46,501 nt of DNA from Promethearchaeota archaeon (GCA_048938445.1 JBHLME010000019.1:1-46501), one strand, 5' to 3'. Shown: positions 1 through 9,591, numbered from the stretch's first letter. The notes: a model not told the origin generated them from the letters alone. Program-made: numbers and translations.

Positions 1-1467
1 GTCACTATCAGTTGTAAAAATATATTGTGCTGCTGGAGTCAAGTACGCTATCATATCATTAGCACTAATCCCTAAATCATTTTCAAAATAGTATTCTAGG
101 TCGGGATCATAATTATATAGCGCATTTAGTGCAGTAGCTACTATGTCATCTCCTGGGAAAGGATACCATGCCCGTGGTAATATGTATGAGATTAAACTAT
201 CAAAGGTGAAATGAAATTCGTCTCCTAGCATTTCGAATAATAATCCTGCAGGGCATCCTGAATCTGCCGCTACTAATACTCCTCTGTAAAAATCCGTCAT
301 TAGATATACTATAAAATAATTTATATCTACATCATAATTGTAAAACGTATTAGACATGACGCCCATTAATGGAGTAACTTCCAACATGGACATACCCTTT
401 TGATACATGAGATGCAACAGGCTTACTCCACGATTTTCTATAGCCTTTAGGAAAGAAATAACGAATGGTTCAATATAAGCAATATCTAAAGTTATAGTTT
501 CCTGAGTAGAAGAGGGTCCAACAGTGTAAGAATATATTTCAGATTTTACATAGTTAGCTTGTTTTTTATGTTCCCAGTTTCCTGCCCAATCTTCAATGTA
601 GATATAATATTCAATTTCGGTATCATCAGGAAATCCAGGAATCGTGCCCGTGATGGTAATAGGATTCTCAGGATCTGAGGACGCAATTGGATAATCGGCA
701 CCTAAAGGTATTTGTTTATAAATATTCTGCCATGCCTGATCTTGAAAATCACTTTTTTGCCAAGTAGTCTGCCCAACTTCCCTATAATAAATGGAATTAT
801 TTCTTGAGATTCCCGCCCCAATGTCGCTTGTTTTGACGTTAATAGTCACCACTTGATCGTCATTTGCAACACCCCTTTCTATTTCATGAATAAAAGGGTC
901 CCATCCTTCTAAATCGAGTGGCATTGGAAGTGCCATTGTGATTGGTAATTTCATACCCAATAATGGTTCATTAATGGCTCCATCTATGAGAATATAAACA
1001 TCTAAATCAGCACTTAAGGTAAATGGTTGACCCCAAAACATTGCTCTCAAGAAATGAGAAAAAAGTACTCCTTGTGAACCTACATTAGAGATTCTCATAT
1101 AAATAGGAACGGTCATCGTAGTATTAGCAAAAATGTCAACTTCCTCAGGAATATATCCCGTCCCTAGGATTCCACTCAAATATCTGATAGAAAGGGAGGC
1201 TCTAGGGATTCTCATATCAACATCTAAGTGATTTGTAAATTCTGTGTCCAAACGTGTCAATACCCACGTCCACTCGTTTTGTTCATTAACATCACTATCA
1301 ACAAAGACCATTTCCTTGAGGACTACGTTTTCAGGATGTTCAGATAAAGCCACCATGTTCAAGTAAGGTTCTAATTGTGGGACTGCATAAATACCAACGG
1401 GAGTTATAACTGCCGCTATTACTCCAATTATCAGTAATCGAGACCACCAACTTGAATATCTCCCCAT
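1..1467 (-). CDS. Large membrane-anchored surface protein, 3' end outside window (>=489 aa): N-terminal TM, LEA_2/WHy-like domain, Ig-like domain
   Basis: Not in the ORF track; translated by hand from ATG 1467 (MGRYSSWWSRLLIIGVIAAVITPVGIYAV...), open to base 1. Segment FTNHLDVDMRIPRASLSIRYLSGILGTGYIPEEVDIFANTTMTVPIYMRI fits the LEA_2 pattern; GTIPGFPDDTEIEYYIYIEDWAGN is an Ig-like strand motif. Starts 1 nt after the upstream gene's stop. Confidence 0.8.
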   Translation of the reverse strand, partial: MGRYSSWWSRLLIIGVIAAVITPVGIYAVPQLEPYLNMVALSEHPENVVLKEMVFVDSDVNEQNEWTWVLTRLDTEFTNHLDVDMRIPRASLSIRYLSGILGTGYIPEEVDIFANTTMTVPIYMRISNVGSQGVLFSHFLRAMFWGQPFTLSADLDVYILIDGAINEPLLGMKLPITMALPMPLDLEGWDPFIHEIERGVANDDQVVTINVKTSDIGAGISRNNSIYYREVGQTTWQKSDFQDQAWQNIYKQIPLGADYPIASSDPENPITITGTIPGFPDDTEIEYYIYIEDWAGNWEHKKQANYVKSEIYSYTVGPSSTQETITLDIAYIEPFVISFLKAIENRGVSLLHLMYQKGMSMLEVTPLMGVMSNTFYNYDVDINYFIVYLMTDFYRGVLVAADSGCPAGLLFEMLGDEFHFTFDSLISYILPRAWYPFPGDDIVATALNALYNYDPDLEYYFENDLGISANDMIAYLTPAAQYIFTTDSD

Positions 1468-1468
1468 T

Positions 1469-2770
1469 TTAGATACTACCTCCTTCTTTTTTTACTTGTT
1501 TATAATATTTATCAACTTTCTTCTTGGTTGGAAGAGTTATTACTCGAGGTTGATGTCTATTTCGATAGATTCTCGTAGCCGCAATTGACCCTATAGTTAC
1601 TACAGCAATTCCAATTAATAAAATCACGACTGGTTGTAATTCAAGAGGACTTGCTGTAAAAGAATATATTTCGGTTGTTCTTGAATTTCCTGCCATATCT
1701 GTAATTTCCACGTAAAAACTAACCTCTGAACCAGCAAGTTGATTTGGAATTTCACCATAATGAAAGCCATCCTCATAAAGTAGCATGTTATCAGCTTGTT
1801 TATAAGGCCCTTTGTTTACAGAATAAAATAATTTTATTGTTTCATTACTAACTCCTGAACCGTAGAATTCATCAAAAATTTTCATTTTTATTTCCCAATT
1901 TGAAGCTGGATTTTCTTGGTCCCATGTTGGTGGAATATAATTTGGTGGTGTAGTATCATCATTTCTCACTTCTAATGTTACATAATCTTCACCCCCCATA
2001 CCACCACTAACAGGTGCTCCTTCATCAGTATCATAAACATCTAAAGTAAAATAATTCATAATTCCATATTTTATATTTTGAATAAATTCTTGTTGAGCAA
2101 CACCCAAATCAAATCCCACTAATTCTAATAAAGCATTGAGAGGGATAGCTAATGGATTGATTTCCGGATTCCCGAGAGATATTAATGGATCATACAAATA
2201 GTACTCATCAATTGGAATATCAAATTCATAATAACTTTGTCCTGGAACCTTCGCGCTTGTTGTATATGTAGTTTGTAATTCATTAACTGAAAAAGAAGAA
2301 AGTCTTACGACCATTGCTTCAATATCAACCATGCTCATGAGGTCATATATAGAAACTAAGGATGGGGGAAAAAGCCAAGGTATAATTTTTGCATGAATCA
2401 GAGGATCTTCAATTAATAATAAGTCAAGATAAAGAAATACATTATAGTGTTTATCTTCTCCTAATAATGATAATCTCAATTCTTGATCTGCCCCTAGATT
2501 GTCTGAATATACTCTTAATTTAAATGCCCCATCTCCTGTTTTGAGGAAATTTCCTGAATCATCAGAGAAGCTATAATCAAAACTATGACCTCGTTCCTGG
2601 ACAAACTCATAACGAATAGGTGTAATTGATGGTTTAGGCGTGATAATTACTTCTGTAGGATTCTCAGTATTTATTGTATTGATCCCAGTTGGTAGACACA
2701 TTGTAGCTGTTAATAACAACGTGCTAAAAACTATTGTCAATACAATAAAAAATCTATGTTTTACTTGCAT
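1469..2770 (-). CDS. Type I membrane/surface protein: signal peptide, Ig-like domain, C-terminal TM, basic cytoplasmic tail
   Basis: Hydrophobic N-terminus; DTTPP...SGV...GEIPNQLAGSEVSFYVEITDMAGN Ig-like motif; TM VVILLIGIAVVTIGSIAA followed by an R/K-rich tail. Confidence 0.8.
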   Translation of the reverse strand: MQVKHRFFIVLTIVFSTLLLTATMCLPTGINTINTENPTEVIITPKPSITPIRYEFVQERGHSFDYSFSDDSGNFLKTGDGAFKLRVYSDNLGADQELRLSLLGEDKHYNVFLYLDLLLIEDPLIHAKIIPWLFPPSLVSIYDLMSMVDIEAMVVRLSSFSVNELQTTYTTSAKVPGQSYYEFDIPIDEYYLYDPLISLGNPEINPLAIPLNALLELVGFDLGVAQQEFIQNIKYGIMNYFTLDVYDTDEGAPVSGGMGGEDYVTLEVRNDDTTPPNYIPPTWDQENPASNWEIKMKIFDEFYGSGVSNETIKLFYSVNKGPYKQADNMLLYEDGFHYGEIPNQLAGSEVSFYVEITDMAGNSRTTEIYSFTASPLELQPVVILLIGIAVVTIGSIAATRIYRNRHQPRVITLPTKKKVDKYYKQVKKEGGSI

Positions 2771-2822
2771 TGTTCTTTCAACATTAATTTTTGAATTTTT
2801 TAATAAATTTCAATAAAATCAT

Positions 2823-2847
2823 AAAATCACTATTAGAGAGTGATTTT
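2823..2847. promoter_or_regulatory. 9-bp inverted repeat (operator or 5'UTR hairpin) upstream of the surface-protein operon
   Basis: AAAATCACT-ATTAGAG-AGTGATTTT lies between the TATA box (2877-2884) and the ATG at 2770. Confidence 0.4.
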
Positions 2848-2856
2848 TTGCTTATT

Positions 2857-2892
2857 TAAATATTTCAACAGCTGTCTATATAAACGTTTCCC
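2857..2892 (-). promoter_or_regulatory. Archaeal promoter (BRE-TATA-N11-AAATATTTA)
   Basis: Minus strand reads GGGAAACG TTTATATA gacagctgttg AAATATTTA. Confidence 0.6.
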
Positions 2893-3167
2893 ACTGATTT
2901 TATGACCAGAAAGCAAAAAACATAAAATTTAAAAATGAAAAAAAAACCAATAAAGAAGAATAATATCCAAAAAAAAGCAATAAGAATTAAAATTTAATTG
3001 AATTTTTTTGGTGTTGAAAAATAATAAAATATTTTATGATTTGATAAATAGTAAAGTTAAACCGTATATTTCTAACATTTTCAGATTTATATTAGTGAAA
3101 AAATTAACCTATATGAAAAATAATTAAGGTTCTAATAAAAATAAATAATTTTAAATAGTGTAAAAAA

Positions 3168-3203
3168 TAGGAATCTTTATAAATATTAATAACGAAATAT
3201 TGA
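3168..3203 (+). promoter_or_regulatory. Archaeal promoter (TATA-N11-AAATATTGA)
   Basis: GGAATC TTTATAAA (3176-3183) tattaataacg AAATATTGA (3195-3203). Confidence 0.65.
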
Positions 3204-3249
3204 GTTAAGAATATACCTCTTTCAAATAATAAAACAGGAAAAAAAATCA

Positions 3250-3675
3250 ATGGTGAATAAATTGGTAGATCGACCAAAAGGAATAAATATTTGGATAATA
3301 GTTGAGATTATTACAGCAATTTCACTAATTATTTTCGCAATTTTGTGCTTAACTGGTATCGCCTTTCAATATTATAATACAAATATTCAAGCTAATCTTG
3401 AATCGTTATTAGCTCCTCTAGCAGTAATGAGACTAGATCAATTAATATTATTTATGTTTACAGAAACAATGTTTTTCCTTTATGGCATATTATTCTTATT
3501 ACTTGGTTTATCATTCCTTGCTAGTGCTGTATTGCTTTATATGATGAAAGAATTAGGACGATTATTATCGGTTTTTAATGGTGTCTTCATACTATTGTCG
3601 ATAGTCGGACTTATTCTAGGAATCCTCATGATCTGGTATTTTAGAAGGAGTAAAACAAGATCTTACTTTCCATAA
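3250..3675 (+). CDS. Small multi-pass membrane protein of unknown function
   Basis: 141 aa, about 4 hydrophobic segments, N-terminal RPKG and basic C-terminus. Confidence 0.75.
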   Translation: MVNKLVDRPKGINIWIIVEIITAISLIIFAILCLTGIAFQYYNTNIQANLESLLAPLAVMRLDQLILFMFTETMFFLYGILFLLLGLSFLASAVLLYMMKELGRLLSVFNGVFILLSIVGLILGILMIWYFRRSKTRSYFP

Positions 3676-3766
3676 TTAATGGATGAATAAACTTTTCTCA
3701 CAATTTTCTTTTTTTATATTTATCGAATTTAATTGTTTCCAAACTAGTCAATACTTAAAAAGAATA

Positions 3767-3802
3767 AGGATATCTTTATAAAGTTGTAAGTGTAAATATT
3801 GA
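3767..3802 (+). promoter_or_regulatory. Archaeal promoter (TATA-N11-AAATATTGA)
   Basis: GGATATC TTTATAAA (3775-3782) gttgtaagtgt AAATATTGA (3794-3802). Confidence 0.65.
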
Positions 3803-3843
3803 ATATAGAAACTTCTTTAAATTAATTTTATTTGGTCAACATC

Positions 3844-4986
3844 ATGCAAGAACGGAAAAAAGAAAAGAGAATAAAGGGAATTGGAGGGATCATCGCAAAA
3901 ATGATGAAACCTTTAGAAACTGATGAAGTCTTTTTAGCTAAATTCTCCCAACTTGAAATGAAAGCATTAATAAATGCTCATGATACGAAATATGCTGCTA
4001 TTGTTAATTTTAATCAGGGAAAAATTGACGTTGAAGCTGTAAAAAATGATCCTGTGGAAAATATTTCGAAAAAAACCTTACATTGGGATGGAAAACTTGA
4101 GACGGAAGTTGCGATATTATTACAGATCGCAACAGGAGAAATTGGGTTGTTAGGTCTTGTAAAATTAATTATGACAAGAAAGGTGAAAATTAAGGGATTA
4201 TTTAAGATGCTATCATTGTATAATGTTTTTAAAATAGCAGGTGCTAAGGAAAAATCTATTAAAGAACCATCAAAAGAAGTAGCGAGAAAAGCGAGAATAA
4301 AGAGCACTACTTTATTTTCAAGAAGGTCCAAATTTATTACTGCGGGAGTATTAGGAATTGTATTACCCTCAATATTATCTCTATTATTCATGTGGGCGTT
4401 AGGTGATATTCGCATGTGGTGGGAGCTTTCTTATGGTAATCTTGGTCTATTTTATTCATTGGTGATATTTAATGTATTTAATCTCGTGTCTGATATGATT
4501 TTACTTGGCTATGGATACTGGTATGTATTTATTATATGGGCAGTTACTGGGATATTTATTGGAATTCTCTCGAGAGATATTCTCAAGAGCCTCATAATTG
4601 ATCTAATTGCAATTGTTACAAATGTCATTCTATATACTATCTTTATTACAATCTTTAGCTCCTTTTTTCCTGATAATTTCGTGCATAGCTTGATTACAAA
4701 ATCAAGTATTTGGTATCCAGGCTTAATTGAAGGATTTGTTTCATTCTTTTTTATCTTCGCACAAATTACACTCGATTCGTTTGCACTTCCAATGTTAGTA
4801 TTATTCACGCTTATAGGCGGAATTATTAATCCTAAACCTGAATATTACACTGTACTCGATGTAAAGCAGGATATTAGAATTAAGAAAAAATTCAAAGGTT
4901 CTATTATACCAAGCAAGCAAATTAATTCAACTTCTCAAAATAGAGGGGTTAGTATAGAAGAAAAATCTCGAGTTAGAGCAATATAA
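3844..4986 (+). CDS. SCP2 (sterol carrier protein 2)-like domain fused to a ~5-TM membrane domain, paralog 1
   Basis: N-terminal ~130 aa ends with the SCP2-like signature LLQIATGEIGLLGLVKLIMTRKVKIKG; C-terminal half is multi-TM. ATG 3844 preferred over TTG 3832 because it matches the paralog's MQE start. Confidence 0.75.
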   Translation: MQERKKEKRIKGIGGIIAKMMKPLETDEVFLAKFSQLEMKALINAHDTKYAAIVNFNQGKIDVEAVKNDPVENISKKTLHWDGKLETEVAILLQIATGEIGLLGLVKLIMTRKVKIKGLFKMLSLYNVFKIAGAKEKSIKEPSKEVARKARIKSTTLFSRRSKFITAGVLGIVLPSILSLLFMWALGDIRMWWELSYGNLGLFYSLVIFNVFNLVSDMILLGYGYWYVFIIWAVTGIFIGILSRDILKSLIIDLIAIVTNVILYTIFITIFSSFFPDNFVHSLITKSSIWYPGLIEGFVSFFFIFAQITLDSFALPMLVLFTLIGGIINPKPEYYTVLDVKQDIRIKKKFKGSIIPSKQINSTSQNRGVSIEEKSRVRAI

Positions 4987-5094
4987 ATAAGACTCCATAA
5001 AAAAATCTTTATAATCTTAGGTTAATTATAAATTTTTTAATATTTTTTTTGTATGACTTTTTTAAAGAATTTATTAGGTTATGATAATTTGAAA

Positions 5095-5130
5095 AAGATA
5101 CCTTTTTAAAGTCTCCTATCTAAATATTGA
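5095..5130 (+). promoter_or_regulatory. Archaeal promoter (TATA-N11-AAATATTGA)
   Basis: GATACC TTTTTAAA (5103-5110) gtctcctatct AAATATTGA (5122-5130). Confidence 0.65.
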
Positions 5131-5180
5131 AATAAAAGATATTATTTGGTCAATTTCAAATATAAAAAGAAGTGTTAATA

Positions 5181-6353
5181 ATGCAAGAACCAACAGAAAA
5201 AAAAGCAAAAAGACTTCGTGGAATTGCAGGTGTAATTGTAAAACAACTAAAACCTATAGAAAATAAACAAGAATTTAAAGATAATTATTCAGATCTAAAT
5301 TTAAGGCTATTATTAAATCCTATAGATTCAAAATATGCCGCGATTGTAAATCTTAACAATGGTATATTTGAAGTAGAATCAATAAAAAATGAGCCAAAGG
5401 AAAATCTCAGTAAAGATGTTTTAAAATGGAATGGGATGTTAGAAACTAGCACTCCAATCTTTTTAAAAATATCAATGGGTGAAATTGGACTTGGCGGACA
5501 GACTAAACTCATAATGACTCGTAAGATGAAAATGAAAGGAATGACAAAACTGCTCAAATTCGCGAAAATATTATCATTATCCGATGTTGTTCAAGAAAAA
5601 CCTCCCAAGGAGAAGGAAAAGAAAAAGATTAGAACTATGGTAAAAGAGGCTAAAACTGAAGCTATCTTTTCAAGGAGAGCTAAAATGATTACTGCAGGAA
5701 TAATAGGAATAATACTCCCTCCTATATTGACCTTGTTAATCATGGGTGCATTAGATGAAATTCGTCCATTATGGGAACTTTCTTATGGAAATTTTGGCTT
5801 ATTTTATTCTATGGTTGTATTTAATACATTTAATCACGTATCTGATATGATTTTACTTGGATATGGATATTGGTATGTATTTATTGTATGGGCAGTCACC
5901 GGAATATTTATTGGACTTCTATCAAGAGATATCCTAAAGAGCTTGATGATTGATCTAATCGTTATTGGTGTAAATGTTATCATATATTCAATTAGTGTTT
6001 CAATCTCTAGCTACTTATTTCCTGATTACTTTATACATAGTTTGATTACAGAATCTAGTCCTTTGTATCCTGCTTTAATTGAAGGACCTCTGATTTTCTT
6101 CGCCATAATTGTACAGATTTTAATTCAATCATTTGCTTTACCAATGCTGGTATTATTTACGTTAATTGGTGGGTTAATCAATCCTCGACCTGAATATTAC
6201 ACTGTATTTGATGAAAATATGGTAAAACTAAAACAAAAACAAAAAGGACCGGGAATACAGAAAAAAGGAATGATAGCTCCCCCACCAAGTGTAGCACCTC
6301 CGCCACAAGCACCTAAAGAAGAAAGACCTTTGGAAACGGTTTCAAATGTTTGA
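5181..6353 (+). CDS. SCP2-like domain fused to a ~5-TM membrane domain, paralog 2 (Pro-rich tail)
   Basis: FLKISMGEIGLGGQTKLIMTRKMKMKG; TM region highly similar to paralog 1 (SDMILLGYGYWYVFI, FALPMLVLFTLIGG, PEYYTV); tail APPPSVAPPPQAP. Confidence 0.75.
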   Translation: MQEPTEKKAKRLRGIAGVIVKQLKPIENKQEFKDNYSDLNLRLLLNPIDSKYAAIVNLNNGIFEVESIKNEPKENLSKDVLKWNGMLETSTPIFLKISMGEIGLGGQTKLIMTRKMKMKGMTKLLKFAKILSLSDVVQEKPPKEKEKKKIRTMVKEAKTEAIFSRRAKMITAGIIGIILPPILTLLIMGALDEIRPLWELSYGNFGLFYSMVVFNTFNHVSDMILLGYGYWYVFIVWAVTGIFIGLLSRDILKSLMIDLIVIGVNVIIYSISVSISSYLFPDYFIHSLITESSPLYPALIEGPLIFFAIIVQILIQSFALPMLVLFTLIGGLINPRPEYYTVFDENMVKLKQKQKGPGIQKKGMIAPPPSVAPPPQAPKEERPLETVSNV

Positions 6354-6356
6354 AGC

Positions 6357-6392
6357 ATTTTTTTATTTTTTATTTTTTATTATTTATTCTTT
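6357..6392 (+). terminator. T-rich archaeal terminator region
   Basis: Runs of T (TTTTTTTATTTTTTATTTTTAT) directly after the stop, between convergent genes. Confidence 0.45.
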
Positions 6393-6422
6393 TAAAAAGA
6401 TTATTTTCTCAAGAAATTTTGA

Positions 6423-7376
6423 TTAATTTTCTTTATTTTGCATGTCCTTAACAATAGTAAATACTTCATCAAGCAATTCAACATGTCGTTTACCAAAAAA
6501 TCTTAATATTTTCTTATAAAGGTGAGTTGAAATTCCTTTGGTAAACTGAGTCAATTTTCCATATCTCCGTTCAAATATATATAACTTCTTCTTTTTTATT
6601 TTTTTAAGATATAGTTTTATAGCTCTTTCTACTGTAAAACCTCCTCCAAATCCTTCAGAAACAATCTTTTTTTTTGTAAATTTTTCCCAATACACCTTTT
6701 TTCCCGCTTCAATCGCCATTTGTGCCACATTAGCATCAAGACTTTCAATAATATCTTGGGGGATTCCTATACCAACAGTCTCAATTAAGTTAGTCTTGAG
6801 AGGAAATGGACTTACAATTGAAACATTAATACCCTTATTATGATATTCTCCATAAAGCGCTTCACAAAAACCAGCATTCGCAAATTTAGTCGTATTATAT
6901 GGAATCAATCCTCCAATTCCAATAGTTCCTGCAATTGAGCTAGTAACTATAACGTGACCAAAACCTTGTTCTACTAATTTGGCAATAAATGCCTTAATAG
7001 TATAAATCATTCCCCAAAGATTTATATTAATAATCCTTTTCCACTGTGAGAAATCTATATTTTCAAAAGATCCACCTACAGCAATACCTGCGTTGCTAAA
7101 AATAAAATGAATGTCATTAAATTCATTAATAGCGGTTTTAGCGAGATTCTCTAACTGTAATCGTTTTGTCACATCACAACTAATAGCTAGTACTTTAACC
7201 CCATTAGTTTCAGTTATTTTCTTTACTTCTTCCAGTCGTTCCATGTTTATATCTGATATTACTAGATTTGTACCTATTTTTGCTAAACTTATGGCAAATT
7301 GTTTTCCTATTCCGCTTGCAGCTCCTGTGATGACCGCACATTTTCCCCTAAAGTATTTTTTTCTCATTAATCTCAT
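6423..7376 (-). CDS. Short-chain dehydrogenase/reductase (classical SDR)
   Basis: TGAASGIG, NAG, catalytic S...YNTTK (YxxxK). Confidence 0.93.
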   Translation of the reverse strand: MRLMRKKYFRGKCAVITGAASGIGKQFAISLAKIGTNLVISDINMERLEEVKKITETNGVKVLAISCDVTKRLQLENLAKTAINEFNDIHFIFSNAGIAVGGSFENIDFSQWKRIININLWGMIYTIKAFIAKLVEQGFGHVIVTSSIAGTIGIGGLIPYNTTKFANAGFCEALYGEYHNKGINVSIVSPFPLKTNLIETVGIGIPQDIIESLDANVAQMAIEAGKKVYWEKFTKKKIVSEGFGGGFTVERAIKLYLKKIKKKKLYIFERRYGKLTQFTKGISTHLYKKILRFFGKRHVELLDEVFTIVKDMQNKEN

Positions 7377-7489
7377 CCTTTAAATATATTAATAAATTTA
7401 TGATATGATACATTAGATTAAAAAATTTATTCATATTTTTAATCAAAACTATTAATCAAAATTTAACTTAAACCAAGACTATCAATTGC

Positions 7490-8182
7490 GTGATAAATTT
7501 GGAGTTATTAATTGTGGGATTTACACTATATATTGCTAATATAGTATTTTCTTTATTCATTTCCATATCAATCATTGAGAGACTTTACATTTCCAAGAAA
7601 TATAATAAAGAAGATAACTTCCACTTATATAATAATTTATTTTCTTGGGAATTATCCTTTATATTAATTAGTATTTCCAACGTGCTTCAAATTATTTCAT
7701 CTATGATCACTAATAATTACGTGTTTTCTATTATTATGTTAAAAATTAGCATTTTACTAATAATTAACGTATTTTGGGGCAATATAATTCATTCGGAGAA
7801 AGTAATGGATATAATCACCTATGAGAGACACATTTTAGCTGGATTTATTCCTATGATAATGCTGATTGTCTTATTTTTTTTGAATCTAGAATTTATTATT
7901 TTAATTTTCCTTTTAATTTCTCTATTCCCATATATAATTATCACGTTATTTTTAAAAAACACGGGACAGATCGTTAAAAAATCAATAAACATATGTTTTG
8001 GAGCCATCTTTATTGGAATGGGGCTTATTTTTCATCCAGAAGTATTGAAATCTTTTATTGGATTTCAAACCATACCTGAAAACCTTTTATCTATGATGAA
8101 TATTATAGCACCTATATCTTTTATAATAGGCACTATGTTAATTTTCAATGTAATAAGAAAAGATATATTTCCTAAAAATTAG
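7490..8182 (+). CDS. ~7-TM membrane protein of unknown function
   Basis: 230 aa, about seven hydrophobic segments, GTG start; no recognisable motif. Confidence 0.65.
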   Translation: MINLELLIVGFTLYIANIVFSLFISISIIERLYISKKYNKEDNFHLYNNLFSWELSFILISISNVLQIISSMITNNYVFSIIMLKISILLIINVFWGNIIHSEKVMDIITYERHILAGFIPMIMLIVLFFLNLEFIILIFLLISLFPYIIITLFLKNTGQIVKKSINICFGAIFIGMGLIFHPEVLKSFIGFQTIPENLLSMMNIIAPISFIIGTMLIFNVIRKDIFPKN

Positions 8183-8190
8183 CATTTGAC

Positions 8191-9468
8191 TTACTGAAGG
8201 TAAAACAATACCGTTGGGACCAAATTACTTTTAAGTGATAAACTTTCATTTTTAGCGGGATTAACTAATTTGCTTGCCAAGTTATTTATTGTATTTTCTG
8301 CTGAATCGAGTCTAAATAAACGTCTTAATTTAGAATCATCAGGATTAGGAAGAATTAATTTTTGCCATTTTAATCCCAAACCATTAGCCTGTAATTGTAA
8401 TCCTGCCAATGCCATACCTGATTCTATTTCTGACCAGTAGGTTACATCTAATAGTTTACTATGAAGAAATCCTGAACATGGCTTTTTTCGATCAATACAT
8501 AATAATATTGCGTAATTTGAAAATTTAAAGTTAAATTCTTCTTCAATTTCAGATTTAAAATCATCTGATGAGAATTTTTGAATGAAGTGATCATAGAAAA
8601 TCTCATCATTAAATCGAATCCACCTATTTAATACAGAATATCCCACAGGATTATATATATAAGATCCTTTTGGCAAATCTGCAAGTTCGTCCACAATGAC
8701 AATTGGATAAACAGAATTTCCAGCACAACCAGATGCATGAACACGACCATAACCATTTTTTTCTACTAAATCTCGGTTTCCATGAGTAGCATGATCTGTT
8801 TCTCCTTCACAAGCCCAGAGCAATTGAGATAATTCGTGTAATGTTGAATTATTTGGAGATTTAACTTCCACATTGTTGAAAATAGCATCATCTAAAGAAG
8901 TTCCTTTATATAAGTTCTCATAAATCGCTCGATTTTTATAACAATCTGGAATGTCCAGGATAAAGGTTCCTTCCTCTATTTTTATCTGCAATGGGTCACT
9001 TTTATCTTCCAATAAAATATCCTTATCTCTTTCTCGGACTGCAACTGAATATAAAAAGATATGATTCTCATTTGTCAATTGATTGATCACTTTATTGTAT
9101 TTTTTAGGTTTTCTTGCGCGTTGGGATACGCCAAGCTTTAAATTCCCTGCTTTCAATGATAAATATTGCCACGTGAGTCCAATGCGAATCAATTCATTTA
9201 ATGGAATTTTTTCTTTCCAAAGTAATTCAGGATATACTTCCATTGTAAAATTTGTTTTTTCTTGATTAGTTAGCAAGGATAACTCATCATTATCATATTT
9301 ATAGATGCCCCCTTTATAATCCGGACCGTCAGGTAAAATGAAAAATAAAGTTCTTGAAAACGCGGCTTGTTGTGTTGATTTACAAATATCTTTGACATCG
9401 TTTAATGCTAAAGGATGACCCAGACCTGAACAATCTTTTCGACTTGCTAAACATTCTTGAAGGTTCAT
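8191..9468 (-). CDS. SagB/ThcOx-like nitroreductase-fold flavoprotein, probably with a duplicated fold
   Basis: LSQLLWACEG...RVHASG...VDELADLPKGSYIYNP...IESGMALAGLQLQANGLGL matches the SagB-type pattern; the N-terminal third carries a degenerate copy (GGIYKYD, WQYLSLKAGNLKLG). Confidence 0.7.
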   Translation of the reverse strand: MNLQECLASRKDCSGLGHPLALNDVKDICKSTQQAAFSRTLFFILPDGPDYKGGIYKYDNDELSLLTNQEKTNFTMEVYPELLWKEKIPLNELIRIGLTWQYLSLKAGNLKLGVSQRARKPKKYNKVINQLTNENHIFLYSVAVRERDKDILLEDKSDPLQIKIEEGTFILDIPDCYKNRAIYENLYKGTSLDDAIFNNVEVKSPNNSTLHELSQLLWACEGETDHATHGNRDLVEKNGYGRVHASGCAGNSVYPIVIVDELADLPKGSYIYNPVGYSVLNRWIRFNDEIFYDHFIQKFSSDDFKSEIEEEFNFKFSNYAILLCIDRKKPCSGFLHSKLLDVTYWSEIESGMALAGLQLQANGLGLKWQKLILPNPDDSKLRRLFRLDSAENTINNLASKLVNPAKNESLSLKSNLVPTVLFYLQ

Positions 9469-9591
9469 TTTGAAATCCTCTTTTTTGGAGTTAAATCATT
9501 CATATATATACATCATATATTTAATTATATTATTTCAAGCTTCTAAGTTTTTTTAAGTATTACCTTGATCATTTATAATTCAATTTTTATT

